A stretch of DNA of 64,000 nt, taken from contig JBHGNT010000009.1 in assembly GCA_043228905.1 (NCBI GenBank), forward strand, positions 1,364,001-1,428,000. The letters run 5' to 3'. Below, piece by piece: positions 12,250-25,320 of this stretch. Within the stretch, counting starts at the first letter, position 1. Each line of letters begins with the position of its first letter. A program made the translations under genes and the position numbers. The DNA is from Azolla caroliniana (taxonomy: Eukaryota; Plantae; Polypodiophyta). The notes beneath the pieces are model-generated. The model had not been told where the DNA came from. It made no database searches and saw only the letters and a program-made list of their open reading frames with translations.

Positions 12250-12933
12250 AGAAAACCGTCCCTTAGCGCAATCGGTGCCTGGCGCACATGAACCGGCTCT
12301 TCACGCGTGCGTGCCCTTTAATGTATATAAATGTTAATTAGGTACATAGGTATATCTTGGGTAGTTAGATTCGGTAGGTAGGAAGTAAATGAGGGAGACG
12401 GCTCCCTTCTTGAAGCTATAAAAGAGAGGGAGACGCAGGGGAGAGGGGATCGCGCATTGAGGACGAAGTGCTGTCGGACCGTAACCGAACGCTTCTCCTC
12501 TGTTTGTTCTCTGTTGCTCTTCTCTGCAGGTTTTCGGGAGGCTCGCGCTGCTTCGAGGAACGCCCGTGTGCTTCCGGCAGCACCTCCATCCTATCCCCTT
12601 TCATGCGCAGACGAACAGGCATCGACATCTGTTCGCCGGCCTGTTCGGTTGTAACCGCTCGCGGCTCTGTTGTGTAATTGTTATTCGTTAATATACAAAC
12701 TCTCGTGTCTCTCTGTCTCTGTGTCCATTCGTGTTTTTCTGCGTTGACGGGCCGTGTCCCTGTATTTCTTTGCTCATACGTAACCGGTCGTCTCTCTCTT
12801 TCTCTTTCCCCTCCTATCACCCGCTCTTCGGTTCAAGACCCCGGTGGTCCCGCCTCCTTTCTCCATGCACGCGCATAATAACGCGACAGCGCTTTCTCTC
12901 CGATTCCGCCTATGGCCGGTTTTCTTCACAACA
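12242..12933 (+). repeat. 3' LTR of element A
   Basis: TG...CA with terminal inverted repeats TGTCGTGAAGAAAACC / GGTTTTCTTCACAACA; TATAAAA at ~12417. Confidence 0.85.
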
Positions 12934-13420
12934 ACGGCGACCCCTAAACTACTTGTAAATGTTTTGGCCGACCGGATGGAGCCGGCGAGCCAAGTCATTT
13001 CCTTAGAAGCTATATTTTTATCATTATACTTTTACATGTAAATTCTCATACATGAGGGCTTAGATGATGACATGGCAAGCATGCATTGCATGCATTTCAT
13101 GCATTACGTGCATGTCTTGCACCCTCACATGCACCATATGCATGGGGGCATCTATAAAAGAGTGGAGGAATCAAGCAAATAAAAACTAATGAAAAATTTG
13201 GAAAAAACAAGAAACCTGTAATCCTATTGTTGATGTATCTTCTCTCTTAAATCTAAAAGTTTAAAGTTCAATCTTAATCTCTCTCTCCATTTCAATCTTT
13301 CTCAATTTGTTTCAAAATTGGAATCTTAATCTCAATCTCTCTCTCAATCTCTCTTAAATCCTTTCTCGCTAAAGCTAGTGCAAACTTCAAATCCGTCCGG
13401 TCCAGAACCCCGGCGGTTCC
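12934..13420 (+). repeat. Dispersed repeat X, copy 1 (the target of element A)
   Basis: Near-identical to 33314-33801 and ends at the same GGTTCC. Confidence 0.9.
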
Positions 13421-13875
13421 ACCTCACGATCCGCACGTAGTGACGGATCTTCACGACATAATTAATTGGTGAACCTGACGTGAAAGAGGCGGTGGGAAGG
13501 ATCAAGTTGAGGATCGACCGATACTTGGAGATGGCATCCTTAAGCAATCAAGCGGGAGACTTTGAAAGGATGATGCTAATCATTGAACAAATGATGAGAT
13601 CTCAGGACAACGATGCGAGCGTGGAGAAGGTTTTCGACCGTGTCGTGGAGAATGTCAATTTGACGGAAGGAACATTACGAAGTTCCTTGATGCATACAGA
13701 AGAGAGATGAATCAGAGGGACATGTCTGAAGCACGTCAAATCACAAGTTTCAAGAGAGTGATCGCCAACAACGTCCAAAGGCGAGTCATCGAGCTTTAAG
13801 AAAGGAAGATAACGTGGTCAGAGTTTGAAAGATCAATATTAGCGGAGTTCGCGATGGAAGATTTATCAAGGATCG
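13421..13875 (+). mobile_element. Gypsy element C (A-like family) 5' remnant: LTR end, tRNA-Trp PBS, degenerate gag start
   Basis: CTTCACGACA ends at 13458. TGGTGAACCTGACGTGA (13467-13483) is complementary to the 3' end of plant tRNA-Trp. Gag-like WSEFERSILAEF follows. Confidence 0.7.
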
Positions 13876-16800
13876 ACATATACTTGGAGCTGTTATATGC
13901 AAACTCCAAAATTGGGAGATAACATTCCCATTTTGTTGGTTTGGCACCAACGTATGCTCGAAGCATGTCCTCAATAATTTGATTTACTCGTTCTGTTTGT
14001 CCATCGGATTGAGGATGATCCATGGAGCTCATGCTCAATGTAGTTTCTAACTTCTTAAAGACTTGCGTCCAGAAGTCACTAGTAAATTTTGGATCTCGAT
14101 CACTCATGATATCCATCAGTAACCCATAAAAACGAAATAACTCGTCGACAAATTGGTAAGCCAATTCAGGAGTTGTTACCGTGGTTTTAGTAGCAATAAA
14201 TCTGGCCATTTTAGTTAGTTGATCAACCACAACCCAGATGGCATCATGGCCTTTTTGGGTGCGTGGAAGGCTAACAATAAAATCCATGGATATACTTTCC
14301 CACTTATTATTGGGAATGTCCAAGGGATGTAAAAGTCCTGCGGCTTTAAGTCGCTCGACTTTGTTAACCTGACATTGGTGACATTTAGTCACATAGCTAT
14401 GTATGTCAAGGCGCATCTTAGGCCAATAAAATTGAGTGGAGATGAGAATGAGTGTACGATGTATTCTAGGGTGCCCTGCTAAAGGTGCATCATGGCATTT
14501 AAAAAGAATCCTCTTTTTGACCTCGGGTAAATCTGGAACACAAACCTTCCCATTACGGTAGAGCAGACCGTTAGCAATGTGGAAGTATTCCTTCGAGGAT
14601 GTGGTGGTGTCTGTTCCAGACTCAACTCTTGCCCAGTATTTTGCAAAATAATTGTCATCAGGATACTTTCCTCGAAGGTGATCCTAAAGATTTGATGATA
14701 TTTCAGTGAAGCTAAGCGTGTTAACTTCACGGATGCGACTTAGTGCATCAGCAACAGTGTTCATGGAACCTTTACGATATCGTATGGAAAAATCATAGTC
14801 CTAGATGAGATCAGCCCATCGTGCCTTACGACCTTTTAGGTCTTGTTGGTCACAAAAATATTTCAAGGACTCGTGGTCTGTAGTTACCACAAAGCGATTT
14901 CCATAAAGATAATGGTGCCATGTTTTGAGCGCATGTATAACTGCAAAAAATTCCTTTTCTTGAACGGTATACCGACATTGAGTATAATCAAGTTTCTTAC
15001 TCTCGAATGCTATTGGTTTACCATCTTGATATAAGACAGCACCTATAGCATAATCGTTGGCATCGATTTCAACCTCAAAAGGTTTTGAAGGATTGGGTAA
15101 AAGAAGTGAAGGAGGCTTGAAAACCAGGTCCTTGAGTTCCTTAAAGGCGAGGTCTAGTGTAGCATTCCACACAATAGGTTTTGTAGACTTACACGTTTGA
15201 CCTTTTAGAAGATTAGTAAACGGCGTTGTCAATTGGGAGTAATTACGAAGGGATTTTCGCAAAAACCCGACAAAACCAAGGAATGATCGAACTTCTCGAA
15301 TATTCTGAAGAGTGGGCCAAAGCTTGATTTTCTCGATGTGAGAAGGATCAATTTCAACTCCTCGTTCGGTTATGAGATGTCCAAGATAAGTAATTGATTT
15401 CTTGAAGAACTCACATTTTGAGATCTTCGCGTAAAACTATTTGTCACGCAATGTTTGTAAAACAAAGCGGACATGTTTAGCATGTTCTTGTAATGTACGG
15501 CTATAAACTAAAATATCATCCAAGAAAATAACAACAAATTTTCCAAGTTTTTCTCGGAAAATGTCATTCATTTCTTGTTGAAATGTAGCCGGAGCATTGG
15601 TCAAACCAAAAGGCATAACCAGAAACTCATAATGGCCATAGCGCGTACGAAATGTCATTTTAGGAACATCGTCCTCACTTATACGAATCTGATGGTAGCT
15701 AGTACGGAGATCAAGTTTCGTAAAATACCGAGCTCCCTGGAGACGATCAATTAGATCGCCAGCCTGGGGCAATGGATACAAATTCTTGATCGTCACTTTA
15801 TTCAAGTGTCAGTAATTAATACACATACGCCATGTGCCCTCTTTCTTTTTAACCAAGAGAACTGGTGCACACCATGGAGATTTACTATAACGTATATAAC
15901 CCATTTGTAAATAGTCCTTGAGTTTCTTAGATACCTCATCCTCTTCAGATCGACTTAAGCGATAAGGAGGTATACTTATTGGTGCAACACCAAGTACAAT
16001 ATCTATACGATAAGAGGTAAGCCATCTGGTAGTTCACTCGGAAAAACATCACGAAAATCATTTAAGATTTCATCAAGTTGTTGTTCAAAATATGTTAATT
16101 GAACCGAGACATTATCGATATTGTAAACGTGAATGTCTGGATCAAGTACACAATAAAATAGAGTAGAACAAGACAACTCGGATATTGATGGACACGAGGA
16201 AACAATCGAGAGGGATTGTTTTTTTACACATTGAATAAAATGAGTACATTCATTCAGTGCAAATGTAATTGAATGATGAACCCAATCAATAGATAAAGAA
16301 GAGTTTTTATTATAAAACCAGGGATAACCCAGTATTACATCGGTGGTACAAAGATTCATTACATGGAAGTCTACTTCCTCTATATAAGTATCAATAGAAA
16401 TTCCTAATGAATGAATCGCCCCATTGATGTATTGTACTCTTCCATCAACCAAGTGCACCGTATAGGTGTGATCACTTACGATGGGTTGGATTCCCCATAT
16501 CTGAACCAAACGATCATTCACAAAGTTGTGTGAGCTTCCCGAATCAAACAAAAATTGTACGGGAGATCCATTGATATACCTGTTTGCACGTAGTAAATCA
16601 TTGGGACCCAATACATAGTGAGGGAAAGATCATTGACAATTACTTAAATGATGTGTATAGACCTGAAGGACATTAGGAATCTGACCTTTATGGTCTGCAG
16701 CTTTAGCTTTGTTGTCGTGCTCTTTCCGTTGGAGTTTTCAACATTGTTCTTTTGTATGACCCTTCTTTTTGCAGAATACGCAAAAAGGATGTTGTCGCTT

Positions 16801-19741
16801 ACAATCGCGATTTATGAATTCGTTGGGTGTCTTGCATTTCCCACCGAATTGCGACTGCTTAGTCTCGGGCGCTTCGTTGGGTTTGTTGTGGTCTTTCTTC
16901 AAAGTGCGTTGATAGCGAAGAACTCTTCGAAGGATTTTGGATCCTTATCGTGCACTATCCAATGATAGTCCAAATTGGGGATGCCATTGACAAAACAAGC
17001 TATTAACCAATTGTCCCCTTCTAGACCCGATTTTTGGATTTGCGTTCTAGCATGGTGGACATAATCTTCTAGCGAGGAAAACTTCTTGCTAGAGAGGTTC
17101 ATTAAAGCTTGTGCTGCCTCGGTTCGAGAGGGAGGTTGTAGAAATTAGCCCTTGAAAACTGTGACAAAATCTGTCCAGGTATCGGGCAATTTCCCCAAAG
17201 TACGGAGCCCACGCCACCAGGCGGCGGCCTTACCCCCTAGTTCTCGGCCGACATATGCAATCTTCGTACTATCTGGCATGGGATAGAGTTCAAAATGAGA
17301 CTCCCATCGGCCCAACCATGTGCAGATTGCTTCTTCGATTCTTTCCTTTTTGTCTCCCGTAAATGGCTCACCCTGTCGCTCATTAGGTCTATTAGTCTCA
17401 CATTGTAGACTTAGTCTAATGACACGTGCCTCGAGAGCACTTTGAGATTGCCAAAGTTCAGTCATCTGTTGAGCGGTTAAACTAAGGTATTGGGTTATTT
17501 GCGAAAAATACATCTCAATGGACATTTGTCCAGGAGGATTCCCTTGAGTTCCTTCCGCTTGAGCGGAGGACATCCGGTCGTTATTTTGAGCCATTAAATG
17601 ATTATTTCTAGAAAAGAAATAGGCTAAGGTCAGAGAGATTGTCATAACATCATGTCGTGATGTAAACCTATCATGGGCAAACATTAATCGATATCATGAT
17701 CTCACGTCAATACCCCTCTAGACGTATGAGATGAGGTTCAAGATCAGGTTACTATGGTAACACAAAGGTGTTTTAAAAACCATGGGGGTGACAACTTAAT
17801 GTCTTTCCCTGATCTCTATATCAATTTTTTCATAGCGGCTCCTCGAGGCTCAACCATGTATGTTCGCGTCATGAATAGTTTATACACGAAAAAAATGTTA
17901 ACAATAAACTATGTTTCGGTGCCCACATATGTGGTTTCAGGTAGTCCTATTACGAGGACCCCGAACTGCAATTAGACCTCAAGTCTAAACATGTGTTATA
18001 ATCATATGTATCAACGATGTTGTATGGTTTTGGTCATATTTGAACTCGAGACCTCGAGAACAAATGCATTAAACATTTGAGCCAACCAAGTAAGTTACTC
18101 ATCTTGAATGCTTAATGTTTCATGCATACAAGAGATATGCGAGACATTTGCCCATATATGTTTTTCTAAAAGAAACATATATGTCAGGAGTCCTTATTTC
18201 GCCCTCATTTACTACAACTATGTTGGTACGTTACCTAACCTCAAGTCTCGTAATTACGATGGCATACCCCAAAGTGCAACCTAATGGTCAAGCCAAATGA
18301 GCCCTCTTTTCGTAGTAGGCCCACGTGGCCCATCACATGGTCACGTCATTACGAATGCCTCTCGTAAGAATGATCTCATGGTGGCATCGTATCCATGTAA
18401 TGAGGGAGGGATGTTGGATACGTGTGTCATAAGAGCGACCTCACATGAAGTGGGTCAAACCCTACATACTCAACATCATTATGGCTATTGGCGTTTCTTT
18501 ACGTAATGAAATATCGAACTCACCAATGGGGATTTCAACAATAAAAAATTGTTGAAAAAAGGGATGGTGACAACACGATTCTCACAAAAATGTGAGAACG
18601 GCCACCAAGAACCTTTCCCCGAAAAGGAAAACATTCGATTTAAAATCACGTAATAACTTATATACACATATGTATATTATCACATATATATGATCAATTA
18701 CATATACACGTGACCACATATGCCTATATTAAAGAAATCATTATATTTAATAGCCAAAAATGACGTAATCGAGATACATAATCGAGGCATATACCTCTAC
18801 GCACACAAGACATCCAAAAATAAGGGTTCAACGTAATACGCAATTGAGGTATTGACCTCTTACGCATACGAGACCAAACGCATATCATTTACAACAAAAT
18901 CGAGGTGTTGACCTCATACGCAAACGTAACATATGTTCGTGAATGTAATACGTAATTGAGGTATTAACCTCGTACGCATACGACACTCATCACATATTAT
19001 TTATATGTCAAACGAGGTATTGACCTCGTGCACATATGTAAGCGTTTTAGATAACCAATTAAATACCACTACAACATCATTTAATTAATGAAAATAATCT
19101 ACATATTAACCATACACATGATTAGATGGGAGAAGAAAAAATAGACAAAAAATAACAAGAAAGATTACCGAAGTTCCTTGTTGATCCTTGTCTGCATGAA
19201 GGCCAACCGCACAACGATCGATCGCCATCCATCGAGAGGATAAGACCAACAAAAGAAACATTAGTACATACGCTCGGATACCAAATATTAGAGACATGTA
19301 CTAAAGTAAGCATTAGATAAGGATAGATCTAGGTAGATAGAAAGAAAGGAGAGAGAGAAAGAAGGGTGCCGATCCACCCGACCAGCCCCGAGCGAAGGGA
19401 TCGAGACGGACTCAAGCCTCGATCAGCGTCCCATACCACCGACGTGGCGTCGAGTCGTACCTAGTGCTGGCGCGCTCACTACAACAGTTGACCCACCACA
19501 AGACAAAGTCTCGACGTAGTCAACCAGATAATGAAATGAGGGTAGCTAGGCCTCTATTTATAGCAATACCCAAGGCCCCCAACCATGTTCACACTTGGCC
19601 TAATGGGTTGTCTCAATCCCGAGGATTTAAAAGTAATCCTCCCCTTCTTTACACTCTCATTTAACCCTCACACTTATCCACGTGTATCGAATACTACGGT
19701 AAATTCTCACCATGGGATATTATATGGCCATGCCCGTAACA
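13876..19741 (-). mobile_element. Gypsy element F (chromovirus-type RT, tRNA-Met PBS), degenerate and 3'-truncated
   Basis: 5' LTR at ~19286-19741 (ends GTAACA, minus-strand TATAAATA); PBS TGGTATCCGAGC at 19283-19272; ~1.7-kb leader; gag ~17594-16650; PR (FDSGS), RT (FLDD), RH and INT (SMDFIVSLP, SDRD, QSDGQTE) in broken ORFs. Confidence 0.85.
18760..19035. repeat. Five degenerate ~56-bp repeats with a GAGGT-ATTG-ACCTC hairpin in the F leader
   Basis: Cores at 18784, 18846, 18902, 18958 and 19014. Confidence 0.8.
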
Positions 19742-20267
19742 TACACACACACTCGCAAACATGCCGGACAGCGGAGTGCTAAGAGCCAATGAGCAGGAAC
19801 TCGGGGAAAGCACAGACAGTCCGCACGCTGCTTGCCACAACCGAACACACCGCCTATGCACGCAGACAGAAGACACCGAAACCCTAACAGAAAACAGAGA
19901 CAACGCACCCACGCACCAAGATGGAGAGAAGACAAAAATCGACGTTATGCACAGGAGTTTACTAACACCAAAAATGGAACCCACAAAGGGGAACAATCAG
20001 GAACAAAACTGTTTGGGACCCAACGGGTGGGAACCCTTGTACAAGAAACGCGCCCTCCCTTTTATAGAACAAGGTGAGGGCCCCGTGATTATGTGGGATA
20101 AATCTCGTGATACATGGGATCCTCCATCCCGACTTTATTGCCGCTCGGCGCCATAAGGGCGCCCTTATTCCCTATACAAGTTTTACAAGAGTGGGTGCAC
20201 ATGGCGCACCTTGCCGATTCCTCCAATAGCTCCCGATTTCTCACCGTAGCCCAAAATCTTCACAACA
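19742..20267 (-). repeat. Partial LTR G (A/H-like family), target of F and itself inserted in an integrase
   Basis: Minus strand begins TGTTGTGAAGATTTTGGGCTACGGTG, like the LTR at 31231; minus-strand TATAAAA at ~20065. Confidence 0.65.
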
Positions 20268-21787
20268 ACGGGCATGTGAAGGCCAAGTTGGGAACTGGCC
20301 GCGGCTCCTACCTTACGCATTGTGGGCAGACCGAACTACGCACAGTTCCGTAATCGGGTTCATGCCAACGGAGCTGATGTACGGACAGAAGCCGATCATG
20401 CCGATGGAGTGAACGATCTCCTCATGGGCTGCGGTAGGCTGGAGAGACAAGATGAGCCGAGAGGAGCCGAGAGGAGCTGTTAGTGGCACGAATCCAACAA
20501 CTCGAGCGAAGAGCTGAGGACATGTAACGAGCAACGACGAAGCTGCGTGCGACAAGGACAAAGAACAAGGGGCAATTCGACCGGACTCACCTACTACAAC
20601 CGAACAAAATTGAGGAAGGCGACTGGGTTCTGGTCTATGACAGCATCCTTGACAACCAGCACAAGGCGATGCGGAAATTTGCAAGGAGGTGGTTCGGGCC
20701 TTACACAGTGACAAGCGCCAACGACAACGGCACCTACCATCTCGCGGAGCTCAACGGAACGAGAATAGTTGTGCCGGTGGCCGGGAAGAGGGTCAAGGCA
20801 TTCAAGAAGTGGCACGAGGATGAACTGGACCCAGAGGACATGGATAGTGACGGCGACCGGTTCGGAGCGGATGGCGATCCGGAGATCGTAAGATAAGCGC
20901 GGGCCGGTCTTCTCCGGCAAAGGTCTATTCTAGCACATACCAGTGGATGCGCAGTTAGGTGGGGGTGGATGTCGTGGAGAAAACCGTCTCGAGGTGGAAT
21001 CCGGGAATAGTTTGCGTGAACCGGTCCTTACACGTGGGCACAAAGTTTGATGCATTGTACATAGTCAGGTACAGACTAGCCGATGTGAATATACTAGGTA
21101 GCGCGTATTCATTAGGTAGGAAATCGAGGAGTATCTCTGTCCGAAAGGACAAAGAATAATGGTGGTGTGACCGGTTGTAATGTCTTTCCCTCCTTGGGCT
21201 ATAAAAGAGAGGGAAAGGGGAAGAGTCGGTATCGCGTTGTGGTGGACGAAGTGTATTCGGACTGGAACCGAGCTCTTCTCCTTGTCATGAACAGTACTGA
21301 GACAGAGAAGGAATTAGTACTAAACGAAGGATTAGTACTATGAGAGGTGTGGAACTTCTTCGAGAGAAGGAAGAAGTGAGCGAGACAGAGAGAAAGAGAG
21401 AGAGAGAGAGAGAGTGAGTGAGTGATGATAAGAAAGATATGTATTATATGAAGAGAATATACAATGGTGGCTAAAAGGCTTAAGACTAGCGTTGAACCAA
21501 TTTGGTTCAACATAATGCCTAGTGCCCTCTTTTATAGTGTTTTCAGGAGTAATCCTGAAGCTTCTAGAATGTTCCAGAGAAATCTGGAATATACACTAAT
21601 TTCCTATAATAAAATGTAAATGAAAATAATATCTTACGTATTATAATAAATGATCTAATGATCAAGAGCTCGACCCATATAATCTAAGGTCATGGGTTTG
21701 AGTTTTGCCATATCATGACACTATCCCCCCTTTAAAACGACAAGTGTCACGAGTCGTCTTGGATTGAGGACCTGGTTTGTGTGGATA

Positions 21788-22183
21788 TTAACGATGGAAG
21801 TCTTCAAGAAGAGCACGAGCATTGGTCACATTCTCGATCGGTTCCCAAGTACGTTCGTTGGGGCTATAGCCTAGCCAATCGACTAGATAGTAGAGCTTGT
21901 TGCGACCAATCTTGGAATCAAGGATGGCGGCAACCTCGTACTCCGGCCCATCTTCAAGCTCGATCGGAGGTGGAGGTTGGATAAGACGTCCTAGGATGGT
22001 GCTCTCGTGGTAGGGTTCGAGGAGAGAACTATGAAACACCGGATGTATCCGAAGTTGAGGAGGTAGATCGAGACGAAAAGCGACATCATTAATCTGTCCA
22101 ATAATACGGAAAGGACCTAATCGCCGATAATCTAACTTCTCACATGGACGAGTAGTCTTGATGTGTCGTCGTAGTAGCCACAC
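21788..22183 (-). pseudogene. Element D integrase GPF/Y motif and chromodomain (frameshifted from pol)
   Basis: KLDYRRLGPF, IHPVFHSSLL and EYEVAAILDSK...YLVDWLGY...TWEP. Confidence 0.9.
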
Positions 22184-22213
22184 CCGATCTCCAATATTAA
22201 AACTAGATGGAAG

Positions 22214-25200
22214 TCAATGACGATCCGCGTAGACCTTGTGTGTTTGTTGAGCTTGCTGGAGATGAGTAGATAAATCCGCTTGTATCTTGCGTAACTGCTC
22301 CAAACGATCCTCCGCGCACGGATTTGTGGACACCTCTGGGGTTTCAAGTACACTCCACCGGGGGTGACATCCCGTATAAGCATAAAATGGCGTAACTTTG
22401 GTGGATGCGTGGATAGAGTTGTTATAGGCAAATTCGGCGACGTGGAGAATATCTGCCCAGTCATCTTGATGATAGCTGAGAAAGCACCGCAGATACTGCT
22501 CCAACGTTTGATTTGTTCGTTCAGCTTGGCCGTCGGTTTGTGGGTGGTAGACGGAGGAGAGGTTACAAGTGACCTTGAGCATGTTAAAAAGGTGCTTCCA
22601 GAATTTTGACACGAACTGGGGTCCACGGTCGCGGATGATACTATCGGGAAGTCCATGATGCCGACATACTTCACGCATGACAATTTCGGCAGTGTCTTCA
22701 CTGGAGATCTCCTTAGTACATGGCAAGAAATGAGCCATCTTCGTATATCGATCGACAACCGTTAGAATCGCATTGAACCCCTTAGAGACTGGAAGATCTG
22801 TGATGAAGTCTAGAGCAAAGGATTGCCACGGCTTGCTTGGAATTGGTAATGGTTCTAATAAACCATATGGATGATGCCTTGGCATTTTCGCTCTGCAACA
22901 TGTATCACAAGTCCGAACAAAATCCTCGACAAATTGTCGCATACAGGGCCACCAGAATGTTCGTTGTACTAAATGTAATGTTTTAGTACTACCAAAATGC
23001 CCAGCTGTATATGTGTCATGACAGTTTTGTACTACTCGAAGGCGGCAAGAACCATTAGGAACATACAAAAGTTCTTTAAAGAAGAGTAATCCATCATGGT
23101 ATTTGAATTGCCGATAGTCCGTACCTGGTGGTTGCAACTGTGAACACGACGCTCGAGAGGGATCAATTTGTGCTAGGATAGCTTGGGCAAACGCATCTGT
23201 CTTCAAGTCTTCACGTATGGTATCGATAACGCGGGAATCCATAGGCATGTCAAAGATTTGTGTTGCTTGTAGTCGTGCCGGTCCCAAGATGACTTGTTTT
23301 TGGTTATCGAAAGTTGGCTCGCCGGGACGGGGTGCTAAATACGAACGTCGTGATACTGCATCTGCCTTCCCTTGATGCCTCCCTGGACGATATGTAATTT
23401 TGAAGTCGAAACGCGTGAGGAAGTGGGCCCACCGAGCTTGACGTCGATTCAACACACGAGCATCCTGAAAGTAGGCAAGATTCTTGTGGTCACTAAATAC
23501 GGTGACTGGATGAGAGGATCCCTCCAGAAAATGCCTCCATTGCATAAAAGAATCCACTATTGCCAATAGCTCCTTATCATGAATTTCGTAGTTGATTTCG
23601 GCGGCGTCAAACTTGCGTGAGTGAAAAGCCACAGGATGTAGCTTCTCATCATTCCCCTGTTGTGACAGAATGCTCCCCAATGCAAAATCCGATGCGTCAA
23701 CTTCGATAATGAATGGTTTTTCCAGATCGACATGAGCTAGAATTGGAGCCGATGTAAATGCCTTTTTAAGACTCTCGAAAGCCATGTCCGTTTCTTCAGA
23801 CCAGATGAATGGTTGTCCCTTCCTGGTAAGTTGTGTGAGAGGTAGAACGATCTTTGAGTAATCTTGTATGAACTTCTGATAAAAATTGGCAAAGCCTAAG
23901 AAGCATTGCACATCCCGCACCGAACGTGGAGTCTGCCATTCTACCACCGTATTGACCTTAGCTGGGTCCATGGAGATGCCTTCTGACGAAATGATGTAGC
24001 CGAGAAATTCCACTTGGTTGCACCCGAAACTACATTTTTCCAGCTTTGCATACAGACCATGTTCTCGAAGTCGTTTTAGTACTAATAGTACATGAGAATC
24101 ATGTTCTTCTTGGGTTTTTGAATAAACCAATAGATCATCCAAATAGATGATCAAACAATCATCCAATAGATCTCGGAATATATCATTAGCCATGTGCTGG
24201 AAGACTGTCGGCGCATTAGTGAGGCCGAACGGCATGACCGTATACTCGAAGTGCCCATATCTGGTGCGAAACGCGGTCTTCCATTCGTCTCCTGGTCGGA
24301 TCCGTACGAGGTTATATGCTCCCCGTAAGTCGATCTTCGTGAAGAACCTGGCACCATTGATCCGTTCTAAAAGACTTGAGATAAGGGGAAGAGCATACCT
24401 ATTCCTGATTGTAACCTTATTCAAGCCACGGTAATCTACAATGAGACGAAGCGATCCATCTTTTTTTTTGACAAAGAAAATGGGCGCGCCGGCTGGAGAT
24501 TTCGAATGCCGAATGGAACCATTTTCCAAATTCTCCTCTATATAGGCCCGAAGGACTTCCAGCTCGGTTGGTGACAAATTGTAGATCGGTCCCCATGGCG
24601 GCTCTTTTCCCGGTTGTAAATCGATGGGGTAATCGTACGGTCGATGATGAGGAAGTGTGTTGGCTTGTACTTTATCGAACACATCGGCGTAATGACGATA
24701 CTTCTCGGGAAGTTGAACGGTGGATTCTTCTTTAGTGGTGCTGGAGGGGTTTACTGATATTGCAAAGAGGAACATTTCCTCCTTGCGCCCTTCTTTACGC
24801 AACTGACATAGCGAAATGGTTGCCATCTTCTTAGTTGACCCTTGGGTTTGTCGACACCGGATTTCTCTTGTTCTCCAATCTATGTCTGGGTTATGTAACT
24901 TGAACCACGGTAATCCTAAAACTATAGGATGTTCTGGGATACTAATAATATTAAATGATATTACACATGCTAAGTTATCTAGGACAATATTAATTGGCTC
25001 TGACTCTTCTATGATATTTCCGGAAGCAATGGGGCGTCCATCAATGACTACTACAGAGGCTAGACACTGGAGTTTTCTTAGGGATATCTTATGAGCTTGA
25101 GCAAATTTCTTATCCATAAAGCAAGAGTTAGCTCCGGAATCTAGAAGTGCTAGGACATGTACTGGAGGGGTACTTTTAGTACTAACTATTACTTGGGCTA

Positions 25201-25270
25201 CGAACACATCACTAACTTGCTTAGAGGGAATGGAACCACTAATGGGTTGCACAGATCTAGGGTTGTCCAA
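22214..25270 (-). CDS. Element D Pol (PR-RT-RH-INT)
   Basis: 1018-aa ORF with LLDSGA, YLDD, VDASD, HHCC and DDE. Confidence 0.93.
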   Translation of the reverse strand: MDNPRSVQPISGSIPSKQVSDVFVAQVIVSTKSTPPVHVLALLDSGANSCFMDKKFAQAHKISLRKLQCLASVVVIDGRPIASGNIIEESEPINIVLDNLACVISFNIISIPEHPIVLGLPWFKLHNPDIDWRTREIRCRQTQGSTKKMATISLCQLRKEGRKEEMFLFAISVNPSSTTKEESTVQLPEKYRHYADVFDKVQANTLPHHRPYDYPIDLQPGKEPPWGPIYNLSPTELEVLRAYIEENLENGSIRHSKSPAGAPIFFVKKKDGSLRLIVDYRGLNKVTIRNRYALPLISSLLERINGARFFTKIDLRGAYNLVRIRPGDEWKTAFRTRYGHFEYTVMPFGLTNAPTVFQHMANDIFRDLLDDCLIIYLDDLLVYSKTQEEHDSHVLLVLKRLREHGLYAKLEKCSFGCNQVEFLGYIISSEGISMDPAKVNTVVEWQTPRSVRDVQCFLGFANFYQKFIQDYSKIVLPLTQLTRKGQPFIWSEETDMAFESLKKAFTSAPILAHVDLEKPFIIEVDASDFALGSILSQQGNDEKLHPVAFHSRKFDAAEINYEIHDKELLAIVDSFMQWRHFLEGSSHPVTVFSDHKNLAYFQDARVLNRRQARWAHFLTRFDFKITYRPGRHQGKADAVSRRSYLAPRPGEPTFDNQKQVILGPARLQATQIFDMPMDSRVIDTIREDLKTDAFAQAILAQIDPSRASCSQLQPPGTDYRQFKYHDGLLFFKELLYVPNGSCRLRVVQNCHDTYTAGHFGSTKTLHLVQRTFWWPCMRQFVEDFVRTCDTCCRAKMPRHHPYGLLEPLPIPSKPWQSFALDFITDLPVSKGFNAILTVVDRYTKMAHFLPCTKEISSEDTAEIVMREVCRHHGLPDSIIRDRGPQFVSKFWKHLFNMLKVTCNLSSVYHPQTDGQAERTNQTLEQYLRCFLSYHQDDWADILHVAEFAYNNSIHASTKVTPFYAYTGCHPRWSVLETPEVSTNPCAEDRLEQLRKIQADLSTHLQQAQQTHKVYADRH

Positions 25271-25320
25271 CCAAACGGCTCCTATTTTGGCTGGACTTAG
25301 TCGTTTAACTCTTCTTCTAA

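Larger units (their letters stand above)
1..12933 (+). mobile_element. Ty3/Gypsy element A (non-chromovirus): pol split by element B, plus 3' LTR; 5' end lies outside the window
   Basis: RT (FLDD) at 8-582 resumes in frame after B (ITVDT|SPTGIGW). PPT-like GGTGGGGGCGGA precedes an LTR TGTCGTGAAG...CTTCACAACA at 12242-12933. Confidence 0.9.
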
